Of a DNA stretch of 32,000 bases, positions 15,901 to 24,048 are shown piece after piece. The translations under genes were made by a program, and so were the position numbers. The stretch covers positions 1,830,001 through 1,862,000 of the forward strand of contig NZ_CP034549.1 in assembly GCF_003966335.1 (NCBI RefSeq). Reading direction: 5' to 3'. The notes under the pieces were generated by a model. That model had not been told where the DNA came from and searched no databases. It was given only the letters and a program-made list of their open reading frames with translations. Every line of letters begins with the position of its first letter. Position 1 is the first letter of the stretch. Source of the stretch: Nonlabens ponticola. Its GTDB lineage: Bacteria > Bacteroidota > Bacteroidia > Flavobacteriales > Flavobacteriaceae.

Positions 15901-17975
15901 TCTTTAATAAGGTTCTAGAATTAAAGGAATTGCGCCGTATGATCTATCAAGAAGTGCAAGACGACAGCGGCGTCATATCAGGATCTTTCTTAAGTACGCA
16001 GCTCAATGAATCTTATACGAGTATGATTGGATATTTCCCATTCTCGCAATTTACTAGATCAACCATGTTTGACAAGGCAGCCGTTGCCGTGCCATCGACA
16101 ATGTATAACATAAAAAAGATACAACCACAAACGGCACCATTACCTTATGTGACAGCACAAAATGGCGATTTGAGTCTGGATGCTACCTATACACATCCAG
16201 ATGTATGGGATGCAGATGATATCGCAAATACCGACTTTACCATTGTTCATGTAAAACATAACGTTACACAAATTCTTGACTATAACATGGTAGGCTTGAA
16301 AGTGGACGCTGGCAAGACCGTTACTGTTGCCACAGACAAACTGCTAGCAAACAGCTATCAACTTATACTAGATGGTACCATCGATCTACAGGATGATGCA
16401 CAACTCATTCAAGAAGAGGAAAGTGTATTGATCGCTGGAGCAAGCGGTGGACTTAAAAGAAGACAAGAAGGCACGGCAGATGTTCATTCCTATAACTACT
16501 GGAGCTCTCCTGTCACGACTCATAATTTAGGTGCTTCAAATGCCTCATTTAGATTAAGTCAATTAAAGGATGGCAGTGATTATGTAAACTTTACACCTGC
16601 TGAAACACCATCATTCACCATACCGGCAACCGTAAGCTCAGACTGGTTGTATACTATGTTCAATGGTACAGGTTACGCAGACTGGACCAGAGTTGATCCT
16701 GCTACCACTGATATTCGTCCAGGACTCGGTTGGACACAAAAAGGTCCCAACGCGCCTAGTGCCTTACATCAATTCACTTTTGAAGGTGTACCTAACAACG
16801 GCACGATATTAATACCTGCCATTGATGCAGATGGTGATCCACTTGTTAATGAGACCATTTCTGTTTTGGGTAATCCTTATCCATCTGCTATTGATTTACA
16901 CAAGTTTATCGATGATAATACGGTTCCTGGCAGTGAGGTAATTGATGGAACTATTTTTCTATGGCAGCAATTTAAAGGTACAGATCATATCCTTGCTAAT
17001 TATGAAGGTGGTTATGCCACGGTAACTAAACTAGGCGTTCTCAAAGCCACTCAATACGATGGCTTGGGAGCTCTTGATGCGTTAAATCTGAGTGAGCTTC
17101 TTGCCTTTGCTCCTAAAAGATACCTACCGGTGGCACAAGGATTTCTAGTGAATGTAGTAGCAGACGGTAACATCGAGTTCAACAATTCGCAACGATACTT
17201 TGCCACAGAATCTAGTGGTGGCTCCGTATTCTTTAACGCTCCAGGTAGCGGCTTGCCACAGGAAGATCGCACACCTTATCAAAACACAGAAATACCTCTC
17301 ATTAGGTTAGGTTTTGAATCGGAAAAAGGAGCAAATCGTGAATTCTATATTGGATTCAGCGAGACGTTCACAAATGGTCGTGACTATGGTTATGATGCAG
17401 TTACAAACCTTGCTGGTAGTGGATCAGACATGGTTTTGCAAGGATTTGACGAGCAGTATCTCAACATGGCAGCATTGCCTATGATTACTGGCGCAACAGC
17501 CATAGGAATTACCGTAAGAGGTGAAATAAATACCGATTACAGTATCAACGCCATACAGCTTCAAAATATTGATGAGAGCCAACCTGTTTACCTCCATGAT
17601 GCGACCTTGGGGATTTATCACGACTTGCGCTCTGGAGAGTACCTATATCAAATGGCTACGGCTGGAAAGGATGAGAATAGATTTGCCCTGGTGTTTTCGA
17701 ACTCCACATTGTCCAACGATGATATTTCAAGCCAGCAAACACTTAGTCTATTCTATAGCAACAATCGTCAGGAATTGAAACTCGTTGATCCAACTGGTTC
17801 TGCTAGCGAGGTTGTTGTTTATGACCTGTTGGGTAAGGAACTATTACGCTTTCGCGAAAGCGGAATAACTAATCTCCTCAACGGTTATTCAATGCCAATG
17901 GTAGCATCAGGTATCTACTTAGCCGAAATAATTGCTGATTCTAAGACAATTAGCACTAAATTTATCATTAACTAA
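12942..17975 (+). CDS. Giant T9SS-secreted surface protein: GEVED-like domain, thrombospondin type-3-like Ca-binding repeats, LamG/ConA-like domain, unknown C-module, T9SS C-terminal sorting domain
   Basis: 1677 aa.
- N-terminus: hydrophobic signal-like stretch ILSFSAFFAFFASHAQ. The start may instead be the Met at 12984.
- GEVED-like domain: SIYIDWNNDGDFVDAGE...RVEVEDYSINV.
- At least four D-x-D-x-DG-x-x-D-x-x-D-x-D-x-D-N-DG repeats, for example DTDGDGVTDNIDIDDDNDGI and DTDGDGVPNHLDLDSDNDGL.
- LamG signature: DFDGRNDYV...FDGAIDEVRLFNKVL.
- C-terminus: VVVYDLLGKE...GIYLAEIIADSKTISTKFIIN, typical of type A Por/T9SS sorting domains. Confidence 0.85.
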   Translation: MMKTILKISRLASSMSFYRGFNDFSFLKKIKTSKRQTILSFSAFFAFFASHAQCTVRDTGSQDAADEIYFKRVQIGSIDNDQTTATPFTVIAPFGYQDYSALSTDIARGTTLSFNFETGSDSSNLQTASRFSIYIDWNNDGDFVDAGEIIYRTQTLFDTFFSFDYGIPSNASVGLKRVRVKTAYDWNASNPCLESWESRVEVEDYSINVVKPAFDTTVLSNALVIDNNDITPTGSDNTNFGSFDLNSGEVQNTFTIFNNGANTVELANSKPSRIQLIGDAQFRVVTQPPIKTLLSGQSTTFVIGYDPTAIETNNAVVSIQTSDPIKNPYTFHITGEGKQTFPDTDGDGVTDNIDIDDDNDGIVDATEQSSCVFVPSSTVVEREFLNETFGTGTTTVRINDNNPNVTTTYFFEDNTNSQAADENDTDANLNDGEYTVGPSAQITTWAPAYWHMGKDHTSGDSNGRMAIFNASIDPGEFYKTKIDGVIANVPVTYSFWVLNIDRVDAPGIDTRLRPRIRVEFTDESGNAIIDQADPGTSTTLLTGDIAPTIVTTEEGSWQQFTRTFTPTVSTFTVTFINDQLGGLGNDVALDDIVITQQLCDLDRDGVADVIDIDSDNDGIPNVIEIGRPAGLVGVVDADRDGTTYNSNNLGSAEWIDLNGNGMHDAYESHTPADTDGDGVPNHLDLDSDNDGLLDVLENDGFGDLDVDADGMGEGTDADDKDSTTDSDGDGFLTGNNFSDFDTNDADNDIYGFLDHGTGTYNLPIDTDVDGIPDFLDIDSNDPLNDLSNGSDIDDSYYRNQDLNNDGKVDGTEDVDKDGVIDTTNDYDTVLFGAPINLSDDYTIDFDGRNDYVQSSAPLSAGLQDYTLMAWVMLDPSYSGTRTVFNDSGIELSVMNDRKVNIASKLTSSTVLLTSNTSLDPGKWHHISVTFSAGNEVKIFLNGLEDASRTATSGSLRIDVSEPFTIGAKASSGTVSKFFDGAIDEVRLFNKVLELKELRRMIYQEVQDDSGVISGSFLSTQLNESYTSMIGYFPFSQFTRSTMFDKAAVAVPSTMYNIKKIQPQTAPLPYVTAQNGDLSLDATYTHPDVWDADDIANTDFTIVHVKHNVTQILDYNMVGLKVDAGKTVTVATDKLLANSYQLILDGTIDLQDDAQLIQEEESVLIAGASGGLKRRQEGTADVHSYNYWSSPVTTHNLGASNASFRLSQLKDGSDYVNFTPAETPSFTIPATVSSDWLYTMFNGTGYADWTRVDPATTDIRPGLGWTQKGPNAPSALHQFTFEGVPNNGTILIPAIDADGDPLVNETISVLGNPYPSAIDLHKFIDDNTVPGSEVIDGTIFLWQQFKGTDHILANYEGGYATVTKLGVLKATQYDGLGALDALNLSELLAFAPKRYLPVAQGFLVNVVADGNIEFNNSQRYFATESSGGSVFFNAPGSGLPQEDRTPYQNTEIPLIRLGFESEKGANREFYIGFSETFTNGRDYGYDAVTNLAGSGSDMVLQGFDEQYLNMAALPMITGATAIGITVRGEINTDYSINAIQLQNIDESQPVYLHDATLGIYHDLRSGEYLYQMATAGKDENRFALVFSNSTLSNDDISSQQTLSLFYSNNRQELKLVDPTGSASEVVVYDLLGKELLRFRESGITNLLNGYSMPMVASGIYLAEIIADSKTISTKFIIN
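17846..17863. repeat. Iterated palindrome copy 5: aCGCTTTCGCGAAAGCGg
   Basis: Read directly. It lies inside the T9SS sorting-domain coding region of the 1677-aa gene and is read as RFRES(G). Confidence 0.95.
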
Positions 17976-18001
17976 ACCTTAACAAATCTATCATTTTAAG
18001 G

Positions 18002-21000
18002 ATGAAGAAAACTCTACTCTCAATTGCAGTAGCCATTACTGCAATGCAAGGAATTCAAGCACAGCAGTTTGAAGTTGATGCAGATGAATGGAAAGTCACT
18101 AAGATCACCAACTTACAATCGCCAGACGGTAATCAAATTGTAAATAATGCCAATGAAATTACTGAAGGTCCCGACGGCTGGCTATGGATTACAGAGCGTC
18201 AAGTACTAACGACTGCGCAAGGTGGTACTGACAACGGCGCGAGCGTCGTACGTATCAATCCTGATACAGGTGAGAAGGAAATAATGCTGGATTTGCGATC
18301 AAAGGTGTTTTCAAACGCTGGCCAAGATGGTCTCATGGGTATGGCTATCCATCCAAGTCTGTACACCAACAATCCTACTGATCCTTATGTATATCTAGCA
18401 TACACCTATGAAGCAAATGCAGCAACTGATATCTATACGGTAAGTGGTCTTAGAGAATTGCGTATCGAGCGCTACACATATCGTCCAGGAAGCGATGATC
18501 TAGATCCCGATTCTGGCTTTACCTTGATAGATAAGCTTGCCGGTAGTAATGATCACAGTAGCGCGCGCATGAAGATAGGGCCAGACGGTATGCTGTATTT
18601 TACTAGTGGTGATTTGGGTTACAATCAATTTAAGAATAAGTGCGTGGTCATACAATCACAATCACTGCCTACACAACAAGAAGTCAATAATAAGGAGTGG
18701 AGAGATTATAAGGGAAAAATCCTGCGCATGACACTTACCGGTGGCATTCCAGCAGATAATCCTACTTTCCTACCGCACGATGTACTTAGCGATGATGGAG
18801 TTACAGTAGATAATACGAACTATACATTTTCTGATCAAAGCGCCAGCGGCACTCGAGTGCGTAGTCATATATATAGTTATGGACATAGAAATGCTCAAGG
18901 AATCATTTTTGCTGCTGATGGTACGCTCTATAGCAGTGAGCACGGTGATCGGGTAGATGATGAAGTAAACATTATTACTGCTGGTGGTAATTACGGCTGG
19001 CCGTTCATTGTTGGTGATCGTGATGGTATTGGGTTCACGCATTGTAAAAAACAATCGCTGTGCGCCACGAATTCTACTTATGCGGGAAATGGTAATAATG
19101 ATTGTTCTTTTGACGGTGATAGTGCAGATGTTTACCCTGAATTGGATCAAGCACGGCCTAGTGATCTTGTAGATCCTATAGCAAATTATAATTCTAATAA
19201 TGGCGAGAATCCACCAGGAGGTTTTAGAACTTGGCCTACCATTGCACCATCAAGCATTGATATTTATGAAGGCAATGGTGATATACCATGGAATAAAAGC
19301 ATCTTGATTCCATCACTCAAATCAGGAACAATTTATCGTTATGAGCTTAATGCAGCTGGTGATGGTATCGTTGGTGGTGGTACTACAAATGGTTTGATTT
19401 CATTTCACGCGACGGTAGATAGATATCGGGATATCGCTATGAGCGCTGACGGCAAGACTATCTACGCCATAACGGATAGCAAGGGTCAAACCAGTGGTCC
19501 ATCAGGAACAGATGGTTTGCCAATTGAAAATCCTGGTGCTATTTTCAAATTTGAATATATCAAGAAACCCAGTATTTATATAAGTGAGGTAACTAATCCT
19601 AGTGATGATAGAGAAGGTGTTTTTGTTGAGATCTATAACTACGGTGATCAGGACGTGGACCTCGCTGAAACTGGCGTCGTTCTAGGTCGTCAACGCAGCG
19701 GTGATAATACTAATCAAGAAGAGCTAGCACTTACAGGCACGGTTGCGCCTGGACAGTATTTCGTAGTGGGTCGTGATGGCTTCAATGCCATTTATGGTCA
19801 AGCACCAGATTTGGTAGCTAGTGACGATTTGTTAGGTGGTGATGGCGACGATCCCTATGCGTTAGTGTATCAAAACAGCTTTAATTCTTTAGCCTATGTA
19901 GCCCTTGATTCCTATGGTAATTTAGATCAAGATGGAGCAGGTCAGGATTGGGACTTTAGCAATAATAGAAGGATTAGTCGCAAGCGATCCCAGAATTCTA
20001 GAGCAGCCGTATTTGATCTGGCACAATGGAATAGGAGTGACACTGGTAGTTTGACAACTGATGCTACACCATTTGAACCAGATCCATTGACATTTATATA
20101 TGCCAGCAACGCGATTACACCGCAATCTCCTGTGAACTTAACGACTCGATTTGATAATTTAATTGTTCAGGATGGCTCATATCGTTTGCCGCAAAATCTA
20201 ACATTTAAAAATGTTACGGTAGACAATGGTGCGACTCTAGATCTGGACGATTCAATAATTGACGTGGCTGGTAATCTAACGATCAATGGCGCGATCAATG
20301 ACAGTAACGGCACCATGCGATTGACTGTCGATGGTGCGCACAGCATCAATGGTTCTGCAGCTTCTATTCATAATTTAGAAACGAATGCAGCTGTTACTAT
20401 AAATGCCGATGTGAGTGTTACCAATATTTTGACTGCCGCATCTGGCCAGATTGATATTACCTCGGGCAACAAGATTATTCTTAAAAGTACTGCTGCTGGA
20501 ACGGCCTATGTAGATCAGGTTCCTAGCGGTGTTACTATCAATGGAGATGTTCAGGTAGAACGATTTATACCGGGTAAACGGGCTTTTAGATTTATTAGCT
20601 CTCCAGTGACCACGACATCCAGTATCTATGAGAACTGGCAGGAAAGCGGGTCAGTGGTCTCAGGTCAAGGAACGCATATAACAGGTGACGCAAGCGGTGC
20701 AAATGGCTTTGACGCAACAGCCACTGGTAATCCTAGTTTATATAGTTTTGACAATACAGCCAGTAACTGGACCGCAGTTACAAGTACAAATTCTGCAACT
20801 GATGTGCTTGTCGCGGGAAAACCGTATAGATTGTTTGTACGCGGTGATAGAACTGTAGATCTGAGTAATAATGAGGCAACGGCGACTGCAACGACTTTGA
20901 GAATGACGGGAGAACTTGTCACACAGCAAGTAAACCAAACTAACTTGAGTCAAAATGCTGGCGACTTTAATATGATAGGTAATCCATACCAGGCTCCAGT

Positions 21001-21961
21001 TGATTTATCTCAGGTTATTGCCGCTTCCACCAATGTGAGTCAGACTGATATTTATATGTGGGATCCTACTATCAACGAGCGTGGTGCTTATGTAAATCTA
21101 TTATTGGATACAAATACAAATACCGTTGATGGATCAGCAATTAATAAATTCTTACAGCCTAATACAGCATTCTTTATAACGACCAGCAATGATGGTAGTG
21201 CTAGTATCGCTTTCGCGGAAGCTAACAAAAATACTGCTCAAGAGACACTAGATGTTTACAGCATACCATCGATGGTACGAGTATCGCTATATCCTGAAAA
21301 TGAAATAGATGGAGAAACCGCACTTGACGGAACCATTGCTATTTTCAAGGAAGACTATAGCGCGCTAGCTACAAATGAAGATGCTGCCAAGTTTATGAAT
21401 CTAGACGAGAGTATTTACACTATTGTCAACGATACAAAGCTGAGTGTAAATCGTCTTCCTAGCATAGAGAACAATGACAAGATCGAGATAGGATTAAATC
21501 ATCTGCGCAGTGATCGCTACAGATTATCTATAGATGCCACACGGTATGATAAAGATCTATTCCTATATGATGCTGTGACTGATAATTATACGCCATTATC
21601 CAAATCGGAAAAAAGCTGGTATGCTTTTGACAAAAATGAAGATGATAACGACGCAGTAAATCGCTTTACCATTGTCTCAACTCAAAGCACGCTTTCTAAT
21701 AGTGATTTTGAGTCACTCGACTTAACAGTGTATCCTAACCCAACTTCAGGCAAATTGTTTATTAGCGCTACAAGCCTATCCGGATTGACCACCATAAGTC
21801 TCACTAATTTGTTAGGTCAAGAAGTTTATAGCCATGAGATTACTGCCGTTGCAAACCAATCTATAGAAGTCCATTTACCAGCTAATATCAACACAGGTAA
21901 TTTCATTCTTAAAGTGGTAAATGATGGACAAATAATGACAGAGAAAATCATTATCCAATAA
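18002..21961 (+). CDS. Giant T9SS-secreted protein: PQQ-dependent sugar (glucose/sorbosone) dehydrogenase-like beta-propeller + lamin-tail domain (LTD) + unknown C-module + T9SS sorting domain
   Basis: 1319 aa with signal peptide MKKTLLSIAVAITAMQGIQAQ.
- Propeller motifs: GLMGMAIHP, GHRNAQGIIF, SEHGDRVDDEVNIITAGGNYGWP.
- LTD-like: IYISEVTNPSDDREGVFVEIYNYGDQDVDL.
- C-terminus: TVYPNPTSGKLFISA...NFILKVVNDGQIMTEKIIIQ, a T9SS CTD.
It starts 26 nt after the previous gene. Confidence 0.85.
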   Translation: MKKTLLSIAVAITAMQGIQAQQFEVDADEWKVTKITNLQSPDGNQIVNNANEITEGPDGWLWITERQVLTTAQGGTDNGASVVRINPDTGEKEIMLDLRSKVFSNAGQDGLMGMAIHPSLYTNNPTDPYVYLAYTYEANAATDIYTVSGLRELRIERYTYRPGSDDLDPDSGFTLIDKLAGSNDHSSARMKIGPDGMLYFTSGDLGYNQFKNKCVVIQSQSLPTQQEVNNKEWRDYKGKILRMTLTGGIPADNPTFLPHDVLSDDGVTVDNTNYTFSDQSASGTRVRSHIYSYGHRNAQGIIFAADGTLYSSEHGDRVDDEVNIITAGGNYGWPFIVGDRDGIGFTHCKKQSLCATNSTYAGNGNNDCSFDGDSADVYPELDQARPSDLVDPIANYNSNNGENPPGGFRTWPTIAPSSIDIYEGNGDIPWNKSILIPSLKSGTIYRYELNAAGDGIVGGGTTNGLISFHATVDRYRDIAMSADGKTIYAITDSKGQTSGPSGTDGLPIENPGAIFKFEYIKKPSIYISEVTNPSDDREGVFVEIYNYGDQDVDLAETGVVLGRQRSGDNTNQEELALTGTVAPGQYFVVGRDGFNAIYGQAPDLVASDDLLGGDGDDPYALVYQNSFNSLAYVALDSYGNLDQDGAGQDWDFSNNRRISRKRSQNSRAAVFDLAQWNRSDTGSLTTDATPFEPDPLTFIYASNAITPQSPVNLTTRFDNLIVQDGSYRLPQNLTFKNVTVDNGATLDLDDSIIDVAGNLTINGAINDSNGTMRLTVDGAHSINGSAASIHNLETNAAVTINADVSVTNILTAASGQIDITSGNKIILKSTAAGTAYVDQVPSGVTINGDVQVERFIPGKRAFRFISSPVTTTSSIYENWQESGSVVSGQGTHITGDASGANGFDATATGNPSLYSFDNTASNWTAVTSTNSATDVLVAGKPYRLFVRGDRTVDLSNNEATATATTLRMTGELVTQQVNQTNLSQNAGDFNMIGNPYQAPVDLSQVIAASTNVSQTDIYMWDPTINERGAYVNLLLDTNTNTVDGSAINKFLQPNTAFFITTSNDGSASIAFAEANKNTAQETLDVYSIPSMVRVSLYPENEIDGETALDGTIAIFKEDYSALATNEDAAKFMNLDESIYTIVNDTKLSVNRLPSIENNDKIEIGLNHLRSDRYRLSIDATRYDKDLFLYDAVTDNYTPLSKSEKSWYAFDKNEDDNDAVNRFTIVSTQSTLSNSDFESLDLTVYPNPTSGKLFISATSLSGLTTISLTNLLGQEVYSHEITAVANQSIEVHLPANINTGNFILKVVNDGQIMTEKIIIQ
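21208..21222. repeat. Iterated palindrome copy 6, degenerate: CGCTTTCGCGgAAGC (one A>G change at 21218)
   Basis: Read directly. It lies inside the 1319-aa gene and is read as AFAEA. Confidence 0.8.
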
Positions 21962-21988
21962 TCGCAATCAATGCGACTGATATAATAA

Positions 21989-22591
21989 TCAAAGCCTATC
22001 CATATTGGTTAGGCTTTCTTTTTGATGGCTCACATACTCTTCCAACTCTGCCATGTATTGATCAAAATGCGATTGCAACACATTGTAATGCTTTTCAAGA
22101 TCTATGGCAGCAAATTGCATCTTGCTTTTACCTCTTGTTCTCTTATTCATTTGATGTAGGATACGACTCATTCCTTCAACCGTACGATAGGAGTAGAGCC
22201 AATTATATTCAATCATTATAGGCAGGAATCGTTGAACTTTTGAAGGTAGTACGGCATAGTACTCCTTTAAATCGGCATAAAAATTTTCGGTAAAAGGCAG
22301 TAGTTGCATCTCGTTATATTCAGACCATTGAGCTGCTAGAAAATGATCATAAAATAGATCTATAATCACACTGCTCCACAAACCGTATTTAGGTCTAATG
22401 ATCTCCTTACTTTGGGACACAATAGGATGCGAGTCTGTATAGGTGTCAATCTTGCGGTGTAGAATTATTCCATCTGAAACGCGTCTAGGAAACATCTTGA
22501 AGTTTTTACCACGCACGCTGTCGGCAATGAAATTACCTATGCGCAATTCCTTGTCATCACCTGATAGATAGACGTGAGCTAGATAATTCAT
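21989..22591 (-). CDS. acpH: Acyl carrier protein phosphodiesterase
   Basis: The preferred start is the ATG at 22591, giving MNYLAHVYLSGDDKELRIGNFIADSVRGK, the conserved AcpH N-terminus. The 10 extra residues in the ORF track (start 22621) are probably not translated. Confidence 0.8.
   Translation of the reverse strand: MNYLAHVYLSGDDKELRIGNFIADSVRGKNFKMFPRRVSDGIILHRKIDTYTDSHPIVSQSKEIIRPKYGLWSSVIIDLFYDHFLAAQWSEYNEMQLLPFTENFYADLKEYYAVLPSKVQRFLPIMIEYNWLYSYRTVEGMSRILHQMNKRTRGKSKMQFAAIDLEKHYNVLQSHFDQYMAELEEYVSHQKESLTNMDRL
21991..22017. terminator. Possible bidirectional terminator hairpin between convergent genes
   Basis: aaagccta (21991-21998) pairs with taggcttt (22010-22017) with an 11-nt loop, followed by cttttt. 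It lies 30 nt after the 18002..21961 stop and inside the last codons of acpH. Confidence 0.4.
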
Positions 22592-22653
22592 GAGAGCTTT
22601 TGTGGTTGAGTGTGCATACACCTACATTTGTGGTAAATGTAAGATTCTTAAGC

Positions 22654-24048
22654 ATGACACTCATAAAATCTATTTCAGGAATACGTGGCACCATAGGCGG
22701 CAGGCCATCAGACAATTTAACGCCCTTAGACGCCGTCAAATTTGCCAGCGCGTATGGTAAATGGATTAAAGAAGCTTCAGGTAAAAAATCACCTGTCGTA
22801 GTTATAGGTCGCGATGCGCGTATAAGTGGTGCTATGATACAGTCCTTAGTTCAAAATACTCTCATAGGAATGGGTTGCAATGTCGTAGATCTAGGTTTGA
22901 GCACCACACCAACTGTAGAAATAGCCGTACCAGCAGAGAAAGCCGATGGTGGCATTATCTTGACTGCGAGCCATAATCCTAAACAGTGGAACGCTCTCAA
23001 ATTACTGAATAATAAAGGTGAGTTTCTTGATGGAGTAGAAGGTCAAAAAATTCTGGATGCAGCTGCTGCAGAAGATTTTGAATATGCAGAAGTCGATGAT
23101 CTAGGAACCGTAAGTGAGCGAGATGATTACATTGACATACATATCCAACAAGTTCTTGACCTCAAAGAAGTTGAAGTTGAGGCTATTAAAAGTGCTGGAT
23201 TTAAAGTAGTCGTAGACGGCGTTAATTCCACAGGTGGTATCGCTGTTCCAGCTTTGTGTAAAGCATTGGGCGTTGAGGTCATTGAGTTGTATTGCGATCC
23301 TACCGGACATTTCCCGCATAATCCAGAACCGCTCAAGGAACATTTGGGTGATTTATGTAAAGCGGTTGTTGAGCACGAGGCTGACTTTGGCATCACTGTC
23401 GATCCAGACGTTGACCGACTTGCATTTATTACCGAAGAAGGCGAGATGTTTGGTGAAGAATATACCTTGGTAGCGTGCGCCGATTTTATCTTGTCTCGTG
23501 TAAAAGGAAACACTGTAAGCAACCTATCATCCTCAAGAGCCTTACACGATGTTACCGTCAAACATGGCGGCACCTATACGGCTGCGGCTGTAGGTGAGGT
23601 GAATGTGGTTAAAAAAATGAAAGAAGTAAATGCGGTTATAGGAGGCGAAGGTAACGGTGGTATCATTTATCCAGACTCACACTATGGTCGAGATGCGTTG
23701 GTAGGAATAGCGCTATTCATGTCGTTACTTACTGAGAAGAAAGTTAAAGTAAGTGAATTACGCGCCAGCTACCCAAGCTATTTCATGGGTAAGAAAAAAG
23801 TTCAACTAACACCAGGAATGCCCGTGGATGCCATTCTTGAAGATGTAAAGCAACAGTATTTAAATGAAAATTTGACTACTATTGATGGTGTCAAGATTGA
23901 CTTTGAAAATGAATGGGTGCACTTGCGCAAATCAAACACAGAGCCTATAATCAGGATCTATACTGAAGCAAGATCACAGGAACAAGCTAACCAACTCGCT
24001 GACCGCTTCATTGCGGAACTCGAGGTGATAGCTCAACAGCACGCGTAG
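22654..24048 (+). CDS. glmM: Phosphoglucosamine mutase (Bacteroidota type)
   Basis: The preferred start at 22654 gives MTLIKSISGIRGTIGG. It has the phosphoserine loop ILTASHNPKQWNALK and the metal loop ITVDPDVDR. The ORF-track start at 22600 is a spurious upstream extension. Confidence 0.9.
   Translation: MTLIKSISGIRGTIGGRPSDNLTPLDAVKFASAYGKWIKEASGKKSPVVVIGRDARISGAMIQSLVQNTLIGMGCNVVDLGLSTTPTVEIAVPAEKADGGIILTASHNPKQWNALKLLNNKGEFLDGVEGQKILDAAAAEDFEYAEVDDLGTVSERDDYIDIHIQQVLDLKEVEVEAIKSAGFKVVVDGVNSTGGIAVPALCKALGVEVIELYCDPTGHFPHNPEPLKEHLGDLCKAVVEHEADFGITVDPDVDRLAFITEEGEMFGEEYTLVACADFILSRVKGNTVSNLSSSRALHDVTVKHGGTYTAAAVGEVNVVKKMKEVNAVIGGEGNGGIIYPDSHYGRDALVGIALFMSLLTEKKVKVSELRASYPSYFMGKKKVQLTPGMPVDAILEDVKQQYLNENLTTIDGVKIDFENEWVHLRKSNTEPIIRIYTEARSQEQANQLADRFIAELEVIAQQHA

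Noticed and set aside
20642-20649. Half-site GAAAGCGG of the iterated palindrome; other partial matches include AAAGCGG at about 23353 and the AAAGCTTT palindrome at about 9864
   Set aside because: 8-mers are expected about once by chance in 64 kb of two-strand sequence, and the other half of the palindrome is absent. I did not count them as copies.
13174-21000. Numerous 60-150-aa ORFs inside the two giant genes on both strands (for example 14417..14869, 14679..14987, 18770..19150, 20665..20922)
   Set aside because: All are nested in the long, motif-rich + strand frames. Their Ser/Pro/Thr-rich or Ile/Cys-rich composition is typical of antisense or off-frame reads of Asp/Gly/Thr-rich coding DNA.
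22557-22653. N-terminal extensions of acpH (to 22621) and glmM (from 22600), and ORF 22557..22739(-)
   Set aside because: The conserved family N-termini begin at internal Met codons: MNYLAH at 22591 and MTLIKSISG at 22654. The extensions would make the divergent genes overlap and would add non-conserved residues.
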